Shown: positions 36,974 to 49,192, counted from the first letter of the stretch. The stretch: 64,000 nucleotides of DNA from Sminthopsis crassicaudata (GCF_048593235.1 NC_133617.1:69896937-69960936); one strand, 5' to 3'. A program made the numbers and translations. Notes: generated from the sequence alone by a model not told the origin.

Positions 36974-37243
36974 TTAAAAATTAATTTTATAATTATACAT
37001 TTTTTGACAGTATACATGTATTAGTAATTTTTTTTTATAACATTATCCCTTTTATTCATTTTTTTCAAATTTTCTCCTCCCTCCCTCTATTCCCTCCCCT
37101 AGATGACAGGCAATCCCATAAATTTTACATGTGTTACAGTATAACCTAGATACAATATATGTGTGTAAATCCAATTTTCTTGTTGCACGTTAAGAATTGG
37201 ATTCCGAAGGTATAAGTAACCTGGGTAGAAAGACAGTAGTGCT
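36974..37243 (-). mobile_element. 270-bp L1 3' UTR fragment with an 18-bp TSD
   Basis: ACATGTGTGTCTCATTTT at 36956-36973 and 37244-37261. The interior resembles the L1 3' end at 34786-35050. Confidence 0.9.
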
Positions 37244-37829
37244 ACATGTGTGTCTCATTTTGAAGATGAGTCCATAATCTCTCACTGTCCTGTCAGAAGG
37301 GCAGCAGGCTTAATCATCACTGGTTAGTACCTCGATCAGAGTTCTTAAGGCTTTTAAAGTATCAGCTTTTTATTTTAATGGCAGATATTGTCCTCCTGGT
37401 TCTGCTCTCTTCATTCTGCATCAATTCATGCAAGTCTTTCCAGGTTTCTCCAAAACTGACTGTTTCATCATTTTTCACGCATGTGCCCCATTGCATTCAC
37501 ACAGCAGACTTTGTTCAGTTGTCTGTCTAGTCACCACTGACATATCTGTGCACGTCTGTGAAGGTGTAGGCACAGGATGGCTGCAGCAGCAGAGGGAGGC
37601 AGCTGGTGGCTGGTAAATAATTCATCAGGACAGCTGATAGTGCCTCCCCAAGTCCGCCAGCCAGCTCTGGCTCAGGCCCCCTCTCCCTTCCCTTCCCTCC
37701 CTACTTCCTTCCGCCCAAACCAGCCTGACCAGCTCTCCTGGTGCCCGAAGCAGCCCCCCACCCCCACCTGTCGTCCCCAACCTCTCTGGGCACCTGCTGC
37801 CCAGCTGGGTAGCCCAGCCCACAAGCAAG

Positions 37830-37885
37830 ATGGCCCTACAGAGCCAGGGTTTGCCCCCCAGCGGGTGGACCCCAGCAAATCCAAT
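37830..37885 (+). CDS. PALM3: PALM3 exon 1
   Basis: caagATGGCCCTACAGAGCCAG...CCAAT|gtaagt encodes MALQSQGLPPSGWTPANP(M), resembling the human long-isoform start MALQSQ. Phase 2 fits exon 2. Confidence 0.85.
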
Positions 37886-38191
37886 GTAAGTACCAGGGCT
37901 TGGGAGAGGGCACGGGGACTAGAGCAGCTCGGTAGAGTGACTTACCTAGGCTGCATTGAACCGTGGAACCGGGTGTTGTGGAGAGAGCACTGGATGGGAA
38001 GTCAGAGGACAAGAGTTTAAATTCCAGATTGGCCACTGACTCAATGTGTGACCTTAGGCGAGTCAAGTAACCCTGATAGACCCTACTTCTCTGGTCTGTA
38101 AAATCAGGGGCCGAGCTGTATAATTTCTCAAATCCTTTCAGCCATATCCTGGGATCCCATCTAGTAAGGGGGCAGTTCCTCACTCAAGCAC

Positions 38192-38206
38192 CTGCCCCCT
38201 GGTGGA
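38192..38206 (-). promoter_or_regulatory. CTCF core motif in PALM3 intron 1
   Basis: Minus strand CCACCAGGGGGCAG. Confidence 0.6.
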
Positions 38207-39325
38207 GGTCACAATTGTCCCAGCCTCTGGGGCCCTGACCAACAAGGACCCCACCCCCATGCCATAGGAATATCACCACCCCAGCTGTCATTTTGGAGGA
38301 TACAAATGCTCCAAATCCCAATCTTTTTTCCATGAGAAAAAGAAAGGAGTCTCCCATCCCCTCCCCCTTATAGTTGGACTCTGATACCTACTATTCAGGA
38401 GTCATGGGTCTTGGGGGCAAAGTCTAGGCTGGAGGTAGGAATGTAGCCCAGCATTGCAGGATGAGGCCCTTTGAGAAGAGAGGTCATTGAGTAGGGGGGA
38501 CAGCGCCTCCCTGGGACACTAGGTCAGGACCCCTGGATTTCCTGAGACTCCAAGTAGACCAAGAGGCAGATGGAGGTGTAAGAGGCCTAAAAACCAGTGC
38601 ATCAGAAAGAATACTGGATTTTGGAGGAAGAAAAACTATCCAACTCCTTACTTATTGGTGTGTGTGACAGGGGGACAAGTCATTACCAATTCTTTTTGCC
38701 CATTTATAAAAAAGATAGGATTGGATTAGTTGATCTTTATGATTCATTGAAGCATTAAATCCTATAAACTCGGAGTTAACCATGGGTTCCCAGGACTCCT
38801 TTGCCTATATCCCCTGGGCCTGGACTGACCCCTCAGGCCCTAGATTTTTGGTTGGGGGTAAAAGAGGGCACAGGGCTAGAGGGCTTCAGAGGGACCTGTC
38901 GAACCCCTGGATCTCCTACCTGCATTATTCACCATCTAGAAACCTAGCTGCTAAGCAACAGGGAACCTGATCACCCAGCAGGGAACTGGCAGGGGAGAGC
39001 AAGTCCCCAGAGGGAGTCTTGTGGGGAGGGAGAAGGCCCCCCACAGGAACCTACCTAAGAGAAAAAGCCACTCCTCTGAGAAGACCCAACCACACCCACT
39101 CTAATATAAGCTGGGAGCATACAGCCAGGAATACCATTCTGAGCAGCGGCTGGATCTAGGAGAAAGAATTCCTGGATTGGAGTCCAGAAATCTGCATTTG
39201 AACTGCACTTCTGCTCCTTACTGCTAGTATGACTTGGAGCAAGTATCTTTTCTTAGGTGGGGGGCGGATCTCATCTTCCCATCTTGTAAAATGTAGGAGT
39301 TGAATTAAAAAAAAATTATCTAGAG

Positions 39326-39700
39326 CCTAGCTTCTTAAACTGTGACCCCATACAGAGTCTCATATTTGAATGTGGGAATGGCAAAATTATGCTTTATTGT
39401 CAGTAAATGTTTGATTTGTATACCTATTTTGTATGCCTATATACCTGGGGTTGCATAAAAATTTCTTAGAAAAAAGGGGTCGAGTGGGAAAAGTTTTAAA
39501 AAACTCTGATCTAGAGCAGGGGTTCTTGGCTTTTGTGCATATGTCTTAGACCCCTTTTGGCATCCTGATGAAATTTATGAACCCCTTTCTTAAAATAATG
39601 TTTTTAAATGCATTAGAGAAAGTACATCAATTATATTGAAATAAAGATGTAATTTTTCCCTTCCAAGTTCTCCCCAAGGATTCCAGCTTATGAACCCCTG
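39326..39700. mobile_element. Two abutting hAT/Charlie-type MITEs (39326-39508 and 39517-39700)
   Basis: 8-bp targets ATCTAGAG at 39318 and 39509 and ATCCAGAA at 39701. Ends CCTAGCTTCTTAAAC...AAACTCTG and CAGGGGTTC...GAACCCCTG. Confidence 0.8.
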
Positions 39701-40415
39701 ATCCAGAAGTCCCTTTCCAGCTCCAAACCCTTTAACTGCCTCCAGAGCACCACCCTTCCTAAGGGAGCCTGCCAAGGATCTTGCCTCCTTTGTCCCCCAG
39801 AGCTCACTGGAAGGGATTCAATCAGTAACTCTGGCTAGCATCCCCCATCTACTACTCCCTGAAAGGTCCAGTCAAGTTCTCAATCATGAGAATGAGTATG
39901 GTATGCTGGAAGAGTATAGAATTTTGATTTAAAAAGACTCATTTTCAAATTCTGTTCCTTATCAGCTAGATGACTTTGTCATTAATCACTCTAAATGTCA
40001 GTTTCCCCATCTATAAACTTAAGTGTTTGAACGAGATGATTTGTAATGTCCCTTGTAGCTCTGAACCCTCTATGCTACAGGCTATGGAAGCATCAGGTTG
40101 CATCCCACTCTCCCACCTTCGACCACCCACCAGGGTCAGGGGAACAAGCTATTTCTCCAAGTTGTCATAGTAACAGCAAAGATTTTTCTCCCTTGAGAGG
40201 TGGCAAAGAGGTGCATACAAATCCACATGCTTATCCTGTAAAATCCAATCAGGATGGAGAGGTCCCTTGGTGTCCACAGTCTAGGAAATAAACAGGTTGA
40301 TATTACAAAGACATTAGAGGTAGATGGTAAGGTCCCTTTACCTTTGGGACTGTGAACATACATCATGCCAGTGGTGTTCCTGAGAGTCCCATTATCTTTA
40401 GAATCAAAAGATTCA

Positions 40416-40550
40416 GGGCAGCTAGATGGTACAGTGGATAGAGCCCTGAAGTCAGGAGGACCTGAGTCAGACACCTAACACTTTCTAACTGTATGACCCT
40501 GGGCAAGTCACTTACCCCAATTGCCTCAGCAAAAAAAAAGAAAAAGAAAA
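40416..40550 (+). mobile_element. Marsupial tRNA-derived SINE
   Basis: GGGCAGCTAGATGGTACAGTGGATAGAGCCCTGAAGTCAGGAGG... plus A tail. Confidence 0.88.
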
Positions 40551-41157
40551 AGATTCTGAAGGACTGGATTTATGTACATGTTTATTGGCCATGTAACCTT
40601 GGCGAATTCACTTCCAAAAATCAGTTTCTTCATGTGTGAAATTAAAGGATTAGACAAAATTATCTCTAAAAATCTTTTCATCTCCAATATTTTCTGATTA
40701 GAAGGTTTATACACAGAATGAGACTTGGAGTCATCCATCACACTTTCATCTAAGTAACTACCGGATACAAGGTGGTTGTGTTGAGCACTGAGAAGATATA
40801 AAAAACAGTCCCTGATCTCCAAGAGTTAGTTTACACTCTCCTGGAAAGAGGTACAACAAATCAATCAGTCAATCACTAAACATTTATGAAGCATGACTAT
40901 GTTCCCCGCACTATGTAAGGAGCTTGGGGTATGGAGAAAGGCAAATGGTAGTTCCTGTCCTCAAAAAGCTGGACTCATATAAACTGACTATGTATAAACA
41001 AGCTATGTACTGAATAAATTAGAAATAATCGGCAGGGAGAAAGCATAAGCACTGATCTGGAAAATCTTCCTATAGAATATAAGAAATAAAAAATAGTATG
41101 TCCATGATCATTTGAGGAGGAAGGATCCTAGGATCCCAGATCAAAGGTCTTCTAACC

Positions 41158-41696
41158 GACAGCTTCTTAAATTATGCATCCCGACCCCATGTGGAGTTTT
41201 ATAACTAAATGTGGGGATCACGAAAAATTTGGCAGTGAAAAATTTCTGAATGCAACATCCAAAAATTAATTCAAAATCAAATGCGGAATGAATCCAAGGT
41301 GTTTCTGGCAGAGCGTGCTCATGTTTTGTCGCACAACTTCACTGAAGCCTTGGTTTTGAACACACAACATGTGTACTTTGCATTGCACATGCATGGATGC
41401 TGCCAGAAACGCCTCGGCTCAATTTCAAGCATAAAAATGTCTTGGGTAAAAAAGGGTCATGAGTGGAAAAAGTTTAAGAAGCCCTCATCTAGTCCAAAAA
41501 TGTCAAATTCAAATGGAAACTGGGGCCATCAAAAAGTGTGTTGGAATTCCTGAAGGTTACATTCTGACTTAGAAAACCACAAATTAACATTCTCCATGTT
41601 ATATTTCTCTTTATTTTGTTAAACATTTCCCTATTATAAGTTCATCTGAGTTGGCTCACTCTCAGAAGTATTGTAGGCCCCGTGTTTGATGCCTGT
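41158..41696. mobile_element. Second pair of abutting hAT-type MITE remnants
   Basis: CAGCTTCTTAAA...TTTAAGAAGCCCT, then an ATCTAGTC target, then ...TGTCAAA...TTTGATGCCTG. Confidence 0.55.
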
Positions 41697-44599
41697 ATAA
41701 TGCAATCTTCTCTTTTTTTTTTTTTTTCCTTTTTAATGAGGGGCCTGAAGCAAGGAGAGGTTAAGGGACTTAAGTACCCAGCAACACAGGGGTAGTAAGT
41801 GGGAGAATCAGGATTCAAACAAAGGTCCTCTTATTTCATATCCAGTGATTTGTCCAGTGTATCCAATTTGCACCCAAGAGAAACTATACTGCTTGACTAT
41901 TGGGTTTCCCATAGGAGGTAGATCATAAGTTGAGCCTTGAAGGAAGATTGGGATTTTAAAAGATGATGTTGAAAAGGAATGTATTTCATGCACTTGGGAC
42001 AGACTGTGAAGTAGCTTAAGGATGGAGGAAGAATATCATGTAGCAGGAATAATCATTAGGCCAGCTTGGCTGAAACTTGTTCATAAAAGGCATAATTGGA
42101 AATAAGCCTGAAAGTGTAATCTGGAATTGTAAAAGGTTTTAAATATCAAACTAAAAGGTTTGTATTTTATCCTAGAGGGAATAGGGAACCACTGAAGAAC
42201 CTTGAAAAAAGAAATGTCTTAGTCAAATTTGAGCCTTATAATAATAATGATGGTGATCCCAGTTCTATTTCATATTTACCTGGTATCTATTATACCTCTT
42301 CATTTTTCTTCTCATAAATAAACTTATCTTTTATAAAAAATACTAATGAGCATTTATACATTGTTTTAAGGTTTTCAAAGAGCTTTACAAATATCTTATT
42401 TGATCCTCACAAAACCCCTGGTTTAACAGATAAGGAAACTGAGACTCAAAGAGGTTGTGACTTGTCTAGAGTCACACAGCTAGAAAGTATCTGAGACTGG
42501 ATTTGAAATCAAAACTTCCTGACTCCAAGTCCTGTGTGATATTCACTGTGGCACCTGACTAATGGTTATTCTGTTTCTGTGTGGTTGGAGTTAAAGCAGG
42601 ATATATCAGAAATCTGGAGTCCAATTAGGAGGCTATTGCAGTAGTTTAGATGAAAGATGATGAAGATCAGAATTAGGGTGTTAGCCATAGGAATGAAAGT
42701 AGAAATAACAAGATGTGAGAGAAGTTGTAGAAGTAGAAACAACAAGACTTGGTAACTGATTGTTTAAGGAGGATGAGGTAGGAGGGAAGAGTCAAGTCTG
42801 AGTGATTTGAGGGGAAGTGGTAAATAGAGAAAGAAGCAATCTTAGGGGGAAGAGAATGAGACTCTTGTATATGTTGAGTTTGAAAAGCCTGTGAGACATC
42901 TAGGTGGGGGCATCCTTTAGGCAGTTGATATGTGAGACTGGAATTTGGTGAGAGACTAAAACTGGATTCATGGATCTGGGAGTCATCAGTATAGAGTTAA
43001 CTGAATCCATGGGAGGTGATGGAATCACTGAGAGAGAGAGGAGAGAAAGAGAAAAGAGGAGAACCCAGGACAGATCCTTAAAAGACACCAATAAATAGGG
43101 ATGGGATATAGATGCTGATAGAGGTATAGGAGATGGAAAAGAAATCAAGCAAACATGTTTGTCTTATTTTATTAATGTTTTATTGTTGCTTTTTAAAAAG
43201 ATAGGAAGCTGGGTGGTGCAGTGGATAAAACATCAGCCCTAGAATCAGGGAATTAGAATCAAATTCAGTTGTGTGACCCTGGGTAAGTCACTTAACCCCA
43301 ATTTATCACAAAAAAAGAAAAAGGTTAAAAAGGCAAGTCTTAAAACTCTCCCTTTCCTTAAAAAACTTTCCTTTGTAACAAACAAACATTAACCACATCT
43401 GATGCCCAAGTCAACCACCTTTTTATCAAACAGAAGGATGAGTGTTTCATCAAGTCAGTATAATCAAGATTTAGTTATTTTATTAACCTAATTTCTGATG
43501 CCATTTCCATCATCTTGGGCATTGTGTATATTGTTCTATTGGTTTTGTTTGTTCTGTTCTGCATAGTATAAACAAGCCTCTTCAACTTTCTTGGAACTCT
43601 TTTTCCTTATTTTTTGCTTTAAAAGCATTATTGTTTACCAGGCATTTTGGTAAATGCTGAAGATAGAAATAAAGGAGTTCACATTCTAATGGGGGAGAGA
43701 ATATGTATATTGTTAAGTATATTATATGTATATAGACATAGATAGAGAGATCTCATAATCTCAGGAAAGAATGTCCTTGTAACTGGGAGGATCAAAGAAA
43801 GTCTACTATAGGGAAGCTAGGAGCCAGAGATAGGAAGAAGAACACTCTAGATTTGGGATATAGAAAGTCAAAAGGTAGAGGATAAGGAGATGATGGAGTA
43901 TATTATGGAGAGAAGAACTCGGGGGCCTGTGTAACTGTATTATAGCATGTAGGGAGAGAGTCAAGTATAAAAAGCCTAGAAATATGGGAAGGGGACAGAT
44001 TGGGAAGAACTTTAAATGCTAGAGGATTCTGTTTGATCCTGGTGGTAATATGGAACTCTGGAATTTATTGTGTAGATATGCAGCTAGGTGACACACCTGG
44101 AGCACCAGGCCTGGAGTCAGGAGGACCTGAGTTCAAATCCAGCTTCAGACACTTACTGTGTGACCTTGGACAAGTCATTTAACTCTGCCCCCCATTTTCT
44201 CATATATAAAATGAATTGGAAAAGGAAGTGACAAACGACTTTAGTTTCCTTATCATGAAGAGTCAGACACAATGGAACAAAATGTTTTAGGAAAATCACT
44301 TTGGCAATTGAATGAAGAATATATTAGAGAAGGAAGACCAATAATAAAGCTATTATGCTGGAGTACCCCACTTTAGAGGCTTGTACCAGGGTGGGGGCTT
44401 GTGAGTGAAGAGAAGAGGACATATACAAGAGATGTGAAAGCAGAAATAACAAGATCTGAAATGGGGGGGTGAATGAATAAAAGAAAATCTAGTGGTGTCC
44501 TTGGAAGCCATTTGAGGTTTGAGATGCTTATGGAATATCCAATTCAGGATGTCTAGAAAGAAGATGGTAATTAGAGCTCTATGATACCTCAGTAAAGAG

Positions 44600-45350
44600 A
44601 CTAGCTAGGGATGGATGTATAGAGCTGAAATAGAGATAGGATCATTGAACGCATGGATGCTGTTGAATTTTTTAAATGAGAAAGAATAGAGTGAAAAGAA
44701 AATAGAGTCCAGAACAGAAACTTGGGAAACTCTCGTGATGATGAACAACCAGGAAAGGAGACTGAGAGAAGTGATCAGAGAGATAGGAAGAGAAGCAGGA
44801 AAGAGGTTTATGGACAAAATTCAGAGAAAAGAGACTCTTTAGGAGGTGATGCACAATATCAAAAGCAGAGAAGACAAGAAGTCTATGTAATGAACCACAC
44901 ATTTGGTAACACAGATTTGGTAAATTCACTTCTTTGATGAGAACAGTTTCATTGGAATGATAAGACCTGAAAATAGATTGCAAAGGGTGTAGAAAAGCAT
45001 GAAACAAAAAGGAATAGAGGCACAAAGAAAAAGCGTGGTGATAAATAAAATGATAGCATAATAAGGTGGACATGGTGTGATCTAATGAGGTTTTAATAAG
45101 GTAGGGGTGGGTTTGGAGGCAGTAGGAAAAGAACTGAGATAGGAAGAGAATGAAAATAAGAAAGATTGGGGATGATGGAGGGGGAAATTTGCTGGAAAAG
45201 TAGTTGGAGGACAGGATCAAGGACACACATAGAAGGGTTGACCTTGGCAAAGCAAAGGGCCTCTTCATTCAAGGCCAGAGTAAAAGAGGAGACAATGGTG
45301 GGGGAGGGAGGGATATCTTGGTGAAGTGAGATGAGAAGGAAAAAAGGAGT
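44600..45350. mobile_element. Old degenerate LINE remnant (L2-like)
   Basis: Purine-rich decayed sequence with interrupted long ORFs. Similar tracts at about 3600-4260, 42560-43130 and 50890-52300. Family assigned by resemblance only. Confidence 0.5.
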
Positions 45351-45706
45351 TATCAACAAATATTTTCAATTTTTTCTTATAGCACAAAATTTTCCCATTA
45401 TATTTCTGTGTTACAATTTGTTCATCTACTTCCTCAGTGAATGAGCACCCACTTTGTTTTTAGTTTTTAACTAACCCAAGTGCTGCCATAATGTTATTGT
45501 GACTTATCCTTCATTCTTTAAGAGGACCATGACAACAGGAAGGTGATGACATGACTTGAAAATGAATTGGGTTTAAGGAAGGGCCAGGGCTGTGCAAAGT
45601 CACCAGCCTCATTTTCTCTTCAGGAGCCAATTGGGTCCAGTGTCAAGTTATGGATCAGGACGAGTAGTGATGGCCCTGGATGCAACAGGAGACCTTAGAT
45701 TTTTGC

Positions 45707-46149
45707 TATAATTATTTTGTTGTATATAGGACCTTTCCTGCTGTCTTTGATTTCCTTGTGGTATATACCATACCTAGTACTAATATTGCTGAGTCAAAGA
45801 GCGTAATCAGTTTAGTCATTTTTCCCCTTCAATTCAATCCCTAAAAATAAACTCTGATATCTTTTGTTTTCCTAACATTTACATTTCCCGAGATATCCCT
45901 TACTTCTCCCGATTTGCCTCAATGTTATAATTACTTTGTTGTATATAGGACCTTCCCCTCTGTCTTTGACTTTCTTGTGGTATATACTATACCTAGTAGT
46001 GATATTGTTGGGTCAAAGAATATAATCAGTTTAGTCACTTTTCCCCCCTCGATTCAATCCCTAAAATGTTAATATTTTAAAAAATAAACCCTTAATATCT
46101 TTTGTTTTTCGAATACCTACATTTCTCAAGATATCCCTTACTTCTCCCC
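45707..46149. repeat. Diverged tandem duplication, about 219-bp unit, two copies
   Basis: TATAATTAYTTTGTTGTATATAGGACCTT...GATATCCCTTACTTCTCCC starts at 45707 and 45926. Confidence 0.9.
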
Positions 46150-47079
46150 AGTTATCCTTTATAACAAAGCTTAGGAAGAAGGAGAGGAAAAACATAGCAA
46201 AATAAGCCATTACAGGGGGAAAAAAAAAGTCTGATCTCATCTGGAGGGTTCCACACCCATAGTCCCCTCTACAAAGAAGGAAGGGAGATACATTCTCATA
46301 TTTCCTCTTTGTGGCCAAGCTTAGTTAATTTCATTGCATTTAATTTCAATGGTTTTGTTGCTGATCCTTTTCACGAACATGCTTTCAGGTACTGCATATA
46401 GTGTTTTCTTGGCTCTGTTTATTTCATTTTGCATCATTTCCTATAAGTCTTCCCATCTTTCTCTATATCCATCATAGGTTTAAGTTTTCCACAAATAGTA
46501 ATATTCTACTAGTATTGTGTACCACAATTTGTGGGCATCTACTTTGATTCTAATCCTTTGCTAGACTACCAAAAAATGCTGCTATAAACGTTTTGCTGTC
46601 AATGGGACTATTCATTTTGTCATTGATTTCTTTGGGACAAATGGATAGTAATATAATCTCTGGGTATAGGTGTAGACATTCTGATCACTCTCAAATATTT
46701 CCAGATTAATTTTCCCCCCAAATATCTACACCACTTCACAGCTCTATCAACCATGTATAGTGTCTTTGTCTCTCCCAGCAACCCTCCCAACTTTATTTCC
46801 ATCGTTTGTTTTCTTTGACAATCAGGTGTGAAGTGAAAGCTAAGAGTTCTTTTGCTTTCTTTCCCATTGGTGGTGAATTGAAATGTGGGTTGGCTGATTT
46901 GTTTTTAACGTGGTTCATTGATATTCCCTTATTTTTTAAAGGAAGAAATTGATGCTTAGAGAATGTAAGCAAATTGCTCAGCATCACGACCTGGAAAGTT
47001 TCAGAGCAAGAATTTGGGTCTAGGGTCTGTAACCCCTAAGCCCTTGCTCTTTGTGCTGTATGTTGCTCTTTCCCGCTTG

Positions 47080-48760
47080 AGCGCTGATCCGGGTTAGAGA
47101 TTGACCACCCACACCTCCATTCTCAAGTTCCCCAGACCCTCATTGTTCTCCTGTCCCTTCCTGGGACCCTGACCAGCGCCGGGACTGAGGAGTTACGTCA
47201 TTCAGCTCCAGGGAGCTGAGGGGTTGAGGGCATCAAACTCCCCATCTTTGCTCTTCCGTTGCTCCCCACCTCCCCCTAACCTCGCCCTTACTTTCTCGTT
47301 ATCTCTCGGCAGGCCCATGGTGGAGAGTGCCCTCTACCGTCAGCGTCTGGAGGTCATTGCTGTAAGTGACCGAGCGCGCTTTGGCCCCTCCCTCCGGAGG
47401 CTTCGGGGAATTTCGAACCCCTCTCTCTGCCCCCCTCCGTGAAGGCTGCAGTCCGCCCAGAGCCGGAGACTGCAATCTCTACCCACGCCGGTCCCCGTCC
47501 CGGTTCCCCTTGAGGGTCTGCTCCTCCTGGGGAGGGGGCTGAGGCTGGACGGACTCACCTCTGGAGCGAGCGAGCGGCTGCCTCCGGCCCCAGTGCCTCA
47601 ACCTTCCGTCGGCTTTCTCCCAGTCCTCTGTTCCTCCTTCCCGTCCCCCAGTAGGCTCTGCCTCCCATGGTATACCTCCAGGTTCCCTGTACTCTGTTCC
47701 GCATCTCCTGGTTCTCGTCCCACAAACTGCATCTGATCCATTGTCCGAATCTCTATCCCGACACCCCGGACTCCTTCCTATCTTCCCACACCGCGCTTCA
47801 CCTCCTAGCGGCTCCGAGTCCCGTCTCTCATCCCCCCCTCCCGCTGTACTCTACTTTGTCCATTCCTCCGTTCCTATGCTCCCCATCTCCGTTCCCCGTT
47901 TCCTTTCTGAAGGACCCATCCCCAATCTCGCCACTCCTCCTCTCCATCCAGCTGTGCTCATCCACAGATTTCCTTTTCCCTGACGCTTTTCTAAATCTCC
48001 CATCCCCAGATCTGTTTTACCCAGTCTCCGTTCCTCATTCTCTCCTTTCCTTCATTCCCGCCCCCTCTGGTCCTCTACCTCCCCCCCTCCCCCGTTTCCA
48101 TCTTCTCTCAGTCTCCCGCCTCTGGCAGAGAGCCGCAGGATCCGGCCCCGGGGCGCGGCCAGCACCACCCCTTCTCCTCTCCCTCACAGCCGCCCTCTCT
48201 GGAACTGCTGAGTCAGCGCTTCCCAGACCACCCCCTCTTCCCCCGAACCCACAGCAGGTCTCCGCTCCTTAGAGTAGAGGATAAGGGGTGGGGTGGGGGG
48301 TCTTTTCTTACTCCACCTCTTTCCAGAACCCAAGTAGGACTTCCTTCTCCTCTGCCCTGCCCCTCCCTCGCCCCCAGCCCTAGGCATCTCAGTTCCAGGC
48401 ATCCCCGGGGAGCCCCTCAGAGGCAGAGAGAAAGGAGGGAGCCCGAGAGGGAGGCGCATGCTGGGGCGATCCCTTGTCCTGTCTCCCGGCTCCAGCTCCG
48501 CTGGTCTGGCTAGGCTGGGCTCTGCGAGGCTCCCCGGGGCTGAGATGGGCTAGCCTGGGCTGGGCTCTCTCCCTTCTGGCCTGGACTGGGCTGGCTCGGG
48601 CTTTCTCCTGGACTAGGTTGGACTGGGCAGGGCCGGGCTTCTCTGCTGGGCCGCCACAAGCCCCACTTGCTTCGCTTTGAGCAGGAGAAGCGGCGGCTTC
48701 AAGAACAGATCTGCGGAGCGCGGAGGGAGCTAGAGGAGGAAAAACTGAGAGTGCAACGAC
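47080..48760. promoter_or_regulatory. Intragenic CpG-rich region spanning PALM3 exons 2-3
   Basis: Elevated CpG density, TTACGTCA at 47193, TGCTGAGTCAGC at 48206. Confidence 0.6.
47313..47361 (+). CDS. PALM3: PALM3 exon 2 (internal ATG at 47317)
   Basis: ggcag|GCCCATGGTG...ATTGCT|gtaagt, 49 bp, PMVESALYRQRLEVIA. Confidence 0.93.
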
Positions 48761-48765
48761 TAAAG
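48685..48765 (+). CDS. PALM3: PALM3 exon 3
   Basis: gcag|GAGAAG...CTAAAG|gtggg, 81 bp, EKRRLQEQICGARRELEEEKLRVQRLK. Confidence 0.93.
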
Positions 48766-49055
48766 GTGGGGAGAGACCTGACGGTCCCAATCTGAGGACA
48801 CCCGTGAAGGAGGGCAAGAGTGGAATGCCCCTGTCTTAGCGGGGTCAGTGAGGGAGGGCCTCGGTGGTGGAAGCAAAAGAGAAAGGTCTGTGGGAGGGGA
48901 TAGTGGGAGAGGGGGCGTGTTCCAGTCTAGGGATGGAGTATTTGGGGAAGGGTATGTAGTGGGGTTATTTGTCCTAGTCGGGGTGTGTGTGGGGAGAGTG
49001 GTGTCTTGTCCAGTCTTTGGCTAGGCTCTCATCTTCCTCCCTGCCCTCCCCCAAG

Positions 49056-49192
49056 AGGAAGTCCCTTCGGGAGAGATGGCTGATGGATGGGACAGCTGAG
49101 AGACCTGAGGGCGCTGAGCCAGAGGCGGATCCCCATTCCCCCCAGGGCCAGGCCCAGGCCAGAATCCAACACTTGGAAGACAGTCTGTTCAC
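49056..49192 (+). CDS. PALM3: PALM3 exon 4
   Basis: ccaag|AGGAAG...TTCAC|gtaag, 137 bp, RKSLRERWLMDG...QAQARIQHLEDSLF. Confidence 0.93.

Noticed and set aside
37577-38020. 147-aa ORF starting MAAAAEGG
   Set aside because: Overlaps the PALM3 promoter and exon 1 in another frame and has no recognisable homology.
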